From: Macrostomum lignano
Lineage: Eukaryota
Assembly: GCA_002269645.1 (NCBI GenBank)
Contig: NIVC01001833.1
Coordinates: forward strand, 1 to 64,000
Direction: 5' to 3'
Length of the DNA: 64,000 nt
A program made the position numbers and the translations under genes. Of the stretch, positions 1 through 8,717 are shown one piece after another. The notes below the pieces were generated by a model. That model ran no database searches. It was not told the origin of the DNA and saw nothing but the letters and a program-made list of their open reading frames with translations. Position 1 is the first letter of the stretch; each line of letters opens with the position of its first letter.

Positions 1-8
1 AACATCAA

Positions 9-808
9 ATGGTAGAATGTCTGGAAGCGATAAAAATAAATTGGATGGAATACCTGCTATTGATGCGCTTGTTCGAACCAGTAATTTGCAATTGGTCTGG
101 ATATCAAAATCCAACAACCGCCGGAGATATATATCCAGTCGGTTCTTTAATTGGTGACGCTTCTTATATCGATTATCAAAATGGAGCTAGAATTACTCGT
201 GAAACCGCAGGTGTAAGTGGGGCTTTACAATTTAATTTCACACATTTTCAAAATATATCTGCGTCTTTCTTTTTCCGAGTTGCTAATTCTACAGGAGATG
301 GTGCAGATGCGGTTTGGTTTTATGCATACTGTCACCAACGTCCAACATCGGAATTTGGAACTGGATTATCAACCGACGCGCCGGGCTGATAGTGTTTTGC
401 TAGTGAGTGGACTGATAGGTTTGGAGTTGTTTGGAGTAATAAAAAATCAGACGGATCAAGCCGCGCGGATGTTAATACTGCGCAGATCAAACTGTAGCCT
501 ATGCTAATATTGATAACGGCATTGGCATTTATTTGAAGTTAATATTTTAAATCAAAGGGTTGGTACCGATTACAGTCATACAATGTTGCTGGTGATTCTT
601 TTACCCTCATTGGACAGAACGTTTTCACATATGATAGTGGAACTTGGGGAACTTTAGATAAATCTGGAACCCTTATGGGTTTTGGTGCTCGAACTGGTGG
701 AGCGGATGCTGCACATTTTATTCGTGTGCAGTTGTATGTGGTAGTACGTCGTTTGGTTATGTTTTTCCCTCTACTGCTTATTTGGAAAAACCTCCTACTC
801 AAATATAA
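9..808 (+). CDS. L-type (legume/ConA-like) lectin-domain protein, broken by several 1-bp indels; possible virion receptor-binding protein
   Basis: Stitched frames give LIGDASYIDYQNGARITRETAGVSGALQF...ASFFFRVANSTGDGADAVWFYAY...DNG(N)WHLFEVNI...GFGARTGGADAAHFIR. These resemble the L-type lectin motifs L.G.A....RLT, F.F.....GADG..F and GF.A.TGG...H.I. Likely stop TAA at 806-808; the N-terminus may start before base 1. Confidence 0.55.
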
Positions 809-838
809 ATATTTATATATAAAATATTTCTATATAAA

Positions 839-1164
839 ATGGCTTTTAGTAGAACTCCATCGATGCGGCAAAATAATGTTATTATTCCTATTCCTAAACA
901 AGAATCAAATATAAAAACTTCAAATCTCATACCAAATTTTTATTTAGTACTGTAAATGTTCAGGATAATAAGAAGCTTCAAGAATTAATTAAGTTATTAA
1001 AAAATCATATTATACTTCAAGAGTTTTGGAAAATAGGATTTAAATGGGAGAAAAAAGAAAGAATAACTCCAATACAATACCTATTGAGCTCGGGACAAAT
1101 CCCCAAAGAGCGCGGGGAATTCATTTTGGTGCTATTAAAAATAGACGAGAATGTCGGTATCTGA
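839..1164 (+). CDS. small hypothetical viral ORF, frameshifted
   Basis: ATG at 839 (MAFSRTPSMRQNNVIIP) and a second open frame (TVNVQDNKKLQELIKLL...DENVGI, TGA at 1162-1164) join with one indel near 945. Confidence 0.25.
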
Positions 1165-1745
1165 AGCAGATAAATGGGAACGCGACCGGTTCAACCAACG
1201 TAAAGGTCCAGATGTTAAGTAATGTTGATCGTATTAACTATGATTATGATTTATATGCTAAAAAAGTAAGAAGAGTTTCAAACCATATAAGAAATATGGA
1301 CTTTTTCAATATTGGATTTGGAAGCTTATCAATGTTATGTGTAATCGTTTTAGGTATTTTACAATCTATTCCAACTCTTAATTTATCTCAATTATTTTTA
1401 GGTATTTCAATTGGCTCAATATCAGGTTTTGAATTGATCAGGAACTTATCAATACTTTTAGCAATTAAATTATATCTTAAAAAAAGAAAGGAAAAATATA
1501 AATCTTTAAGAGATGTTGCAAAACAATATAAAAATCAATTATATTTATATGTGCAAAAAATATTGGATGACGGAGAGATAACGATTCATGAATTATCAAC
1601 CGCGGTTGAATTATATGAAAAATATTTAAAAGATAGAAATAGAATTTTAGATGTTGAAACTTTTACCGATATGGAATTAAAAGAATTGACGTTTGATAAA
1701 ACCCAAAGCTCCACCGATAGAAACATTAGGTATTTACGAACCTGA
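1044..1745 (+). CDS. two-transmembrane-helix viral protein with C-terminal helical KILDDGEITIHEL motif (probable start ATG at 1212)
   Basis: Hydrophobic hairpin FFNIGFGSLSMLCVIVLGIL / LSQLFLGISIGSISGF, followed by a basic helix and a DG.I...E motif. I recall a similar architecture in Polinton accessory ORFs. Confidence 0.5.
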   Translation: MGEKRKNNSNTIPIELGTNPQRARGIHFGAIKNRRECRYLKQINGNATGSTNVKVQMLSNVDRINYDYDLYAKKVRRVSNHIRNMDFFNIGFGSLSMLCVIVLGILQSIPTLNLSQLFLGISIGSISGFELIRNLSILLAIKLYLKKRKEKYKSLRDVAKQYKNQLYLYVQKILDDGEITIHELSTAVELYEKYLKDRNRILDVETFTDMELKELTFDKTQSSTDRNIRYLRT

Positions 1746-1776
1746 AACTATTGCTACTGGGGCACAAAGCCCGCGG

Positions 1777-2289
1777 TCAGGAAGTGCGGTAGAACTTCAG
1801 GTTGTTTAGTTTTTCTAATGCATATGTTATATATTCTTCCCAAAGTGGTAACTCTCTTCTGATCCTAGGTTTAAATTTTTTATCAATACATAAAAATTCC
1901 AATGACTTTTTCAATAACATTTCGTTAGGTATGTTACCTATCCTTATAAACTTTGTATTCTCTCGAATAAGAAAATTGAAATAATATCCAACTAAAATTA
2001 AAATCCTTTCAGAGTCTTTCGAACTTAATCCCTTTCCTTTATTTAAATGGAAAAAGTTATTATATAAATAAACATTATTTCCGGGAATTAAAATTGGATC
2101 AGAAATGTCTCTTGTAAGATTTCTTAAAATTGTGTTTTTAAAATAGTAATATGAGTTTTCAATCTTTTTTGTTTTTTCAAATTGATATATTTTAGAACAT
2201 GAATAACACATATGATATATATCTCCGTTTGCTGTTTGCCCTCTGTGCATAGTCACATTACATTTATTACAAACATAAATGTCTTTCAT
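1777..2289 (-). CDS. hypothetical viral protein with N-terminal zinc ribbon (CNKC...CYSC)
   Basis: 170-aa ORF with two CxxC pairs 18 residues apart. Confidence 0.55.
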   Translation of the reverse strand: MKDIYVCNKCNVTMHRGQTANGDIYHMCYSCSKIYQFEKTKKIENSYYYFKNTILRNLTRDISDPILIPGNNVYLYNNFFHLNKGKGLSSKDSERILILVGYYFNFLIRENTKFIRIGNIPNEMLLKKSLEFLCIDKKFKPRIRRELPLWEEYITYALEKLNNLKFYRTS

Positions 2290-2315
2290 TTTTTTGTTAT
2301 TTTTTTAGATTAAAA

Positions 2316-2646
2316 ATGGAGAGCTGGTTCAAAACCGATTCTAATGTGATTAATTATCTCACACCCAATATGTTGGAGAATAAAGAATATAATATTATGT
2401 TTGAGACAGGTTAAATTTATTGGGCTTCAATCAATATTTTTACAATTAGATGGGCAAAAAATTTTATGTCTAAGCGGAGATGATGTTAAAAATTTTCCTG
2501 TTTTAGTTATTAATAAACCTAAAGCGTTTGTTATGAAATACTGCAACGAGGGTGGATTGCAATTTAAACTAAAACAAACAAATAATAAAAAGAGTGATAG
2601 GACTGTAAAATTGGCGGCTGTTTGGGAGGATGACGACGAAGACTAA
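2316..2646 (+). CDS. small hypothetical viral protein with acidic C-terminal tail; one +1 indel near 2400
   Basis: ATG at 2316 (MESWFKTDSNVINYL) joins the 2401-2646 frame if one T of GTTTG is removed; ends WEDDDED. Confidence 0.35.
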
Positions 2647-2661
2647 ATTTTTTATAAGAAA

Positions 2662-3021
2662 ATGGATACGATAAAAATCCTTATCACTAAAGAGCGTGAA
2701 CTTAATGATATTAATAAAAAAATAAATATAATTATATCTCAGAAATATCATGAGTATGGGGACGATATGTTTCCCATCCGATATGAGATAGATAAAAGAA
2801 AACGTTTTTTAAGACAAGATATTGTTTATGCTGAAATAGTAATTGAAATTGAAATAGATAGATTGGTTAGAAAAATAAAAAAACTTAGGAAAAAAATAAA
2901 GGATTGTTTAAGTTACCCTGCCGACTGTGAGGATAATTGGTGCTCAATAATATATGAAATTGAAGTTAATGATTTGCTCAAACAATTACATGCTTTAGTT
3001 TTTTACAGACCCGATAAGTAA
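2662..3021 (+). CDS. hypothetical viral protein (coiled-coil rich)
   Basis: 119-aa ORF with ATG, packed head-to-tail after the preceding ORF. Confidence 0.45.
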   Translation: MDTIKILITKERELNDINKKINIIISQKYHEYGDDMFPIRYEIDKRKRFLRQDIVYAEIVIEIEIDRLVRKIKKLRKKIKDCLSYPADCEDNWCSIIYEIEVNDLLKQLHALVFYRPDK

Positions 3022-3255
3022 TTTTTCTGTTAATCTCTTCCAGTTATTCAAGACTTTTTCCTTATTTAATTTTTTAAGTTCTTTTGGAAATGTTGAATAA
3101 TAATTATCTATATCTTTTTCATATTCTAGAAATGTATTATATTCACAATCACATTCGGATTCACAATCACAATCGTAATAATAATTATTTATTGCCGCTT
3201 TGTATTCATTATATTTACTTATTATATCTTCTTTTTGTTTTTTATCTTTTATCAT
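2995..3255 (-). CDS. hypothetical viral protein with DCDCESECDCE motif
   Basis: 86-aa ORF starting 18 nt after the pPolB stop on the same strand. Confidence 0.4.
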   Translation of the reverse strand: MIKDKKQKEDIISKYNEYKAAINNYYYDCDCESECDCEYNTFLEYEKDIDNYYSTFPKELKKLNKEKVLNNWKRLTEKLLIGSVKN

Positions 3256-3272
3256 ATTTTTTATCTCTTCTT

Positions 3273-6200
3273 TTAAACCAATGGATATGTTTTAATTTTA
3301 TCATCTAAATATCTTTTATCATCAAATGGACTTAATGTTTTTTTATCTGTCTCGATGACAAACATCTGATGCTTATCTGAATTTAATCGATATTGTGGAG
3401 CATGATAATTTTCAATTGTATTAAGGTAATCTAAAAGTACGTTTTTATAATCATCAAATGTTATCTTTTTTACTGCTGCTCTTGATACCCCTTTTATTTT
3501 TTTTACCTCTCCCTCCTGTCCTAAAACCTTAAATGCATAGCATTTTGATCTTATTGCTATAAACTCGGTTATGATTTTGCTATTTAATTCATCTTTCATT
3601 TTAAGTACAACTTTTTTATTTTGATCTGATTTTAAAGGATGGTTATCCGGATAGTCGGAGGTATCCAATGTATCCTTAATTTTTTCCATATCTTTATAGA
3701 CATCGAACCTTTGGTTCGCGGACTCCGTCCGGTCATCTGTTTCAACCTTAAATACCAAACTGTCGGTGTCTGCATATATTGGATAGTTATCTGGCCATGT
3801 TTTATTTATAACATCATAATAGTATTCATACATTACTAGCTTTGCAAAATCTAAAACAACCATTCCAATAAATATTGGTTTAAGAAATTTTGTTGTTTTA
3901 TTTCTCATATGAATACCCATAAAGTTATCATCAAATTTTATAAAGTCTTTAAAGTTAGGTTTTGAGAAATATTTCTTTGCTTTATCAATATCCTTTTCTA
4001 AATGGAATTGGGTTCTATCTCTAATATTTTCAACCGTTTTTCCATAAAAAGCATTATTCATTAATTTCCAATAATCTTTCTCAAAATTTGTTTTTGACAT
4101 CTGTCTCTGATTTGAATTAAAGTCAATATATTTAGCTAACCAATCTTCCTCAATAAACGATATTGTTCGATGTACTTTAGACACTTTTAATCCCTGCTTT
4201 TCATAAAATTGTAGAAGCTTATAATGCACTACATAGTTTTTCTTATCATGTAAATTTAATATTAATTTTTTTGTTGCTAGATGTTTTGTATTATCTACTT
4301 TAAGATAATCTTTTTGTGTTTGTGATAAATCATCTTCATTAACTGAACAATGCTCTGGAGCTAAAGGATATTTATATGTTTTTGCTTTTGCTTCCCGAGT
4401 ATATTGCAAATCCACTTCTACGATACAGCCCCTTCCTTCGGGAATATTTTTGTAATAATCGGGGTCATCTTCCCATTGGAAATCAGCTATTGGTAATTTT
4501 TGTTTCATACAACCACCGTATAAATTGTTTGCATCTAGATATAATACATATGATGATTTTTCTTTTTTATTATAATTTGGTAGATATTTATTATTTACTT
4601 TAGTATATCTATCTCCTAGTACACCCGAGAATCCACCGCGAATTCCTCTCTCAATCATTAACAACATATCATGATCAGTTAGTAAATCAATCTTAACATC
4701 TGTATGTTTCAAACCACAAGCCCATGTTAATCCCGGTGCACTGAAACAATATGCGGGATCAATTTTAAAATTCTCATATGTATGATTCCTAAAGTTTTCA
4801 AATGCATCAGCTAATAGGAGAACATCTGCTTTAAGATATAGATTATGATAATCTTTAAATGTTTTACAATTAAAGTATTTCCATACTTTTTGAGCGTGTT
4901 CATAATCCGATTCACTTATATTTGTTTGTGATAATGTTGAATAAAACTTTTCTATGGGGGTAATTCGGTATGAAAAAATACGTCTTCAGATGTTACATAT
5001 TCATATGGATAGATGCCCTTACGAGTTAATAGCATTAGTTCTTCCTCGGATAGTTTTTCCTTTTTGAAACGATTCAATAGTATTGGAAAGTTTTTCTTTA
5101 CTATTTCTAAATCCCATGGTTTTGGAACTAATGATGAAACAACATTTGCTAAAGATGTTGATAAGAATCTCAAGGAATCTAGAAAAACTAGATGGGAGTA
5201 TTTCTTACCATATGTTATTGATATGTAATTTTCTGATGTTTTAGGTAATATATTTATTTCATATTCATCCTTTCCTAAATGAAGCAATTCTCGAACTAAG
5301 AAATGAAAATCATATCCGGAACCATTATGAAAAAATACTGGTATTTCCTTACATCCTTTTCCTTCTTTTGCATTACATGATCTACATGCTGCCCCTCGAT
5401 AATTTCCTGTTAGATGACAATGTTCTCGTATCTTATTTTCTTACTTAAATATATTTTGCACATAAAACAATTTGTTGCATTTTTATAATTGTCTCTATCC
5501 TTATTTGTCATATTAATATTTTTTGATAATTTATCATATTGATTTTGAATATATTCAAATACATTTACTAATGATTCTGCCATGTGCTTAGCTGCATCAT
5601 TACCGTGGTAAGTAATCATCCTTGATTTAAATATATGATCAGCTACGGAGTGTACATATATACAATAACTATTCGGAAACTGTTGTGCCAATTTTTTTGT
5701 GCATTCGTCCCGTAGGGTCGCATGCTTTGCATGATCCCCATCATCAGATACCGTCTGTGATTCTTTTAAGGGAACATTTGTTGCTTCAAAATCAGCATAT
5801 ATTACTATTGGTTTTTTAACTGCCATATAATGTTGTTGGAACTTTAGGGTTGCATCTTCAGATGCTGGCATTATAGCATTAGTAAATTTGTGATCTAAAC
5901 AAAATCGTTGATGATTTTTAAGAGCTGTTTCATCCTTTTTAAATGTAAAACAATTTCTACATAGTGGATATCTATTTCTATTTTCTCTTAAAAAAGAACT
6001 AATATCTTTTATGTATATATAATGTGTTTCATTTTCGCGCTGCATGTACAAAAGATCGATTTGATCTGGTGCTGTTATATCAGTTGCTGGCTTAACAAGA
6101 TAACAGTTTTTCTTATACCATTCTGGATCGACATGTTGGGTCGCGGACTCCGTCCGATCGGTTAAAATTTCTTCTAGATCTTTTGGTTCTTCAATTGTAA

Positions 6201-7017
6201 ACACATTAATATTTAAACCATTCATTTTTTCAATCTTATATATATCATCTATTGCTACTGGGTATGATATGTTTTTCATTATTATTTCATCCTCATATTG
6301 TCTATAATTATATATTTTATTAATGTGTGATTCTACTTGATTGTGATATTTATGAATTAATAAACACCATAATAAACATTTATTATCTTTATTGTCTGGA
6401 TTTATAATCATAGGTGATTTAAATTTGAGCTTCATATGTGATCGTCCTTTAAGAATTTCTATAGGTGCAATCTTTACTATTGCTGAATTACAGGATACAA
6501 ATATAAACCCAGATCCGTTTTCTGTCATCTTATCTATCCATTCATCAAACTCAGCTTCTATTTGATCGAATTGATTGTTGTAATTTCCCATTGATAATAA
6601 TGTTTTATATGATTCTTGTGAAAAGTTATTTATTACTTCAATTTCTGAATTTGCATTAAGAATATTTGGTTTTTTAAATTCTGTTTCAACTTCTATTTTA
6701 TACTTAATTGGCTGTCGTTTGTTATTTGGCCTTATAGTATAATTGTTTAATATAGTCTTTAATTTATCTTTCATTTGTTTAAAATATTCTTTATAATTTG
6801 TATTTATATCTATATCTATATATATTACTTCAGCTCCATTTTGTCCTTGTGGTTGGGGGTTATTAATATCATTTAATTGTCTTTCTAAACGTATCTCATT
6901 TTCTGCCCTAATTCTTGCTTCTATTTCAGCCCTATCGGCAATTCGTTGTGCATCGATTTGAGCTATTAATTGTGCTCTAAGTTCAGGGTTGTCGATTTGA
7001 GCTAAAATTGCTTCCAT
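3273..7017 (-). CDS. polB: protein-primed family B DNA polymerase (pPolB), 1248 aa after restoring two single-base deletions
   Basis: ExoI IYADFEA, ExoII FFHNGSGYDFHF, RKGIYPYEY, YLKADVLLLADAFENFR, motif A YLDANNLYG, motif B KLMNNAFYGKT, motif C YADTDSL, K-motif IRSKCY and KIKGV. The track ORFs 5410-7017, 4952-5287 and 3273-4712 join by adding one base at the T4 run 5436-5439 and one at the G5 run 4956-4960 (3745+2 = 3747 nt = 1249 codons). Confidence 0.95.
3704..3731. repeat. GC-rich twin mini-hairpin cassette A inside polB
   Basis: CGAACC-TTT-GGTTCG directly followed by CGGAC-TCC-GTCCG. Confidence 0.85.
5706..5733. repeat. GC-rich twin mini-hairpin cassette C inside polB
   Basis: CGTCCC-GTA-GGGTCG (one mismatch) directly followed by CATGC-TTT-GCATG. 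Confidence 0.8.
6129..6156. repeat. GC-rich twin mini-hairpin cassette B inside polB
   Basis: CGAC-ATGTTGG-GTCG directly followed by CGGAC-TCC-GTCCG; flanked by GATCG direct repeats exactly 30 nt apart (6126, 6156). Confidence 0.85.
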
Positions 7018-7101
7018 TTTATAGAATAAAATTTATATAATGTTTGAATTATTGATTTTTTAATTTTGTGTTTTTGGTGTCCAGACCCTCCCCCCAGGAG
7101 C

Positions 7102-8088
7102 CTATTCGAGATCTGCTTTTGGTAATAGCAATCCATTGCCCATAACGTTTGAATTTAAGAAAATTCCTGAACCTGCTTTTGGTCTCATTTCGAGATATAA
7201 TCCGCTTCCGTCGTGTTTTTCAATGATATTAAAATCTTTTCCTAATTTATTAAAAATTTTCTGAACAGCTGGTCTAAAATTGGATCCAATATTGTCAAAA
7301 AATCCTTTAGCTTTCTCGCCCGTTTTTTCTAAAGTTTGACCAAATTCGTGTAGTTTATCTGCGACAACTCCACTTCCTTGGGTTGTTCCTTGTAAAAGTA
7401 AACCATTGCCATGATTTGATCCTTTTAGTATTAACCCTTTTCCAGCTGATAACCTAGCTTCTGCATTTCTTTTTTGCTCAGCTGTTGCTGAACTACTATT
7501 AATTGTATCGATAAGTTTTTGTTTAAATTGTGCGTCCTGCGTTATTTGCTGTCTTTGAAATTCGGCCTCTCTTTTAGCTTTTTCGTCCGCAGCTTTTTTG
7601 TCATTTACTGCTTTTGCAATTCCAGCTGCTCCGCCAGCAACTCCTCCAGCTGCTCCAATTCCTGCAAAAATTATTGGGAGCAAAGCTGCAAGGGGCAAGA
7701 TTCCCCCCTGTTTCGCTCTTAACTCTCCTAGCTGTTTTACATTATCATGAATTCTTTTTCCGGCTAAACCGACTGCTCCAGCTGCGCCAAGTCCTAAAAG
7801 AAGCGGTAGAATGGGTAGTAATCCGCCGTCCTTTTTAGTGTGAGTCTCCATTAAAAATTTCACATCGGAGTCTGTCAACCTATAATTTCTGCCGCGATTC
7901 TTAAAGGATATCGGCCTTCCTTCTTGTGCATATTTTGCTGCGAGTTTAAATGTATCGATGTCGTAGTCAAACTTTTTACCTAATCGATCCAATCTTTTTA
8001 ACATTGTGTGGCTATGTTTATTATCATCTAGATCTAAAGTATCTACAATTTCTCCTATAAAATATAAGCGGTCGTTATCTGTGTCCAT
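7102..8088 (-). CDS. adenovirus pX(mu)-like virion core precursor with two pX-like hydrophobic modules and repeated GxG-L-x-L motifs
   Basis: KDGG-LLPILPLLLGLGAAGAVGLAG and KQGG-ILPLAALLPIIFAGIGAAGGVAGGAAGIA resemble adenovirus pX (RGG-ILPLLIPLIAAAIGAVPGIA). The C-terminal half has GKGLIL, GNGLLL, GSGLYL, GSGIFL and GNGLLL. Confidence 0.65.
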   Translation of the reverse strand: MDTDNDRLYFIGEIVDTLDLDDNKHSHTMLKRLDRLGKKFDYDIDTFKLAAKYAQEGRPISFKNRGRNYRLTDSDVKFLMETHTKKDGGLLPILPLLLGLGAAGAVGLAGKRIHDNVKQLGELRAKQGGILPLAALLPIIFAGIGAAGGVAGGAAGIAKAVNDKKAADEKAKREAEFQRQQITQDAQFKQKLIDTINSSSATAEQKRNAEARLSAGKGLILKGSNHGNGLLLQGTTQGSGVVADKLHEFGQTLEKTGEKAKGFFDNIGSNFRPAVQKIFNKLGKDFNIIEKHDGSGLYLEMRPKAGSGIFLNSNVMGNGLLLPKADLE

Positions 8089-8098
8089 TTTTATATTG

Positions 8099-8497
8099 TT
8101 AAAATTTCTTTAATCCTTTTCCACCTTTAATAGTATTTAACATTTTATTAAAATCCTGAATATCTTTATTACTTATTGGTGCGCTTTTCGTGGGGGTTTC
8201 TGTTGGTTGTGCGGCTTGTGCCAGCTTTAAATCTTTTATTGCATTTATTTGTGAGAGGGTGTCGTTAAAATCTCTCAATTTCTTTAGTTCTTCTGCCGCT
8301 CTAGCTGCTTCAATTCCTCCTTTTACAGCATTTGTTATAGAGCCTGCTGCAGAGCCAGCTTGCCCTATAAGCCCCATATTGTCTTTAACAAAATTTGCTG
8401 CTGTTCCAACCACATCAAAAAGCCCCTCACCTCGGTATTCAACTGGGTCTCCTACCTGCAATTCATTCAGATTTTGCATATGTGTAACGTGTGTCAT
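8099..8497 (-). CDS. pVI-like putative membrane-lytic/core precursor
   Basis: GEG followed by an amphipathic LFDVVGTAANFVKDN segment; C-terminal IKGG-KGLKKF fits the adenain consensus (M/L/I)XGG-X. Confidence 0.45.
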   Translation of the reverse strand: MTHVTHMQNLNELQVGDPVEYRGEGLFDVVGTAANFVKDNMGLIGQAGSAAGSITNAVKGGIEAARAAEELKKLRDFNDTLSQINAIKDLKLAQAAQPTETPTKSAPISNKDIQDFNKMLNTIKGGKGLKKF

Positions 8498-8535
8498 TTT
8501 TTGTTCTATTTTTAGTAACAGAAAAAGATTGTCTG

Positions 8536-8633
8536 CATTCCATTTAGACCAGATTTTAGACCAAATTTTTGAAAACGAAAACCAAAACGATAGTCTAGTT
8601 TTGTTTGGTCTAAAATCTGGTCTAAATGGAATG
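8536..8633. repeat. perfect 30-bp inverted repeat with 38-nt spacer (subterminal hairpin)
   Basis: CATTCCATTTAGACCAGATTTTAGACCAAA (8536-8565) is the exact reverse complement of 8604-8633. Confidence 0.95.
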
Positions 8634-8717
8634 TTGGGTGGGTAGGTGAGCTGACTATAAATAGCTTCTATTCTTTCCGACCCTTCGCGCCTGCGGCGCG
8701 GGCAGGGGTTATAGAGT

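Noticed and set aside
3704-3718. Direct descent from the AAV ITR (CGACCTTTGGTCG resemblance)
   Set aside because: The match is too short to show homology; kept only as a structural analogy.
4952-5440. Programmed ribosomal frameshifting in polB
   Set aside because: No canonical slippery heptamer. Both breaks are homopolymer 1-bp losses, and similar indels hit API5 and the lectin ORF.
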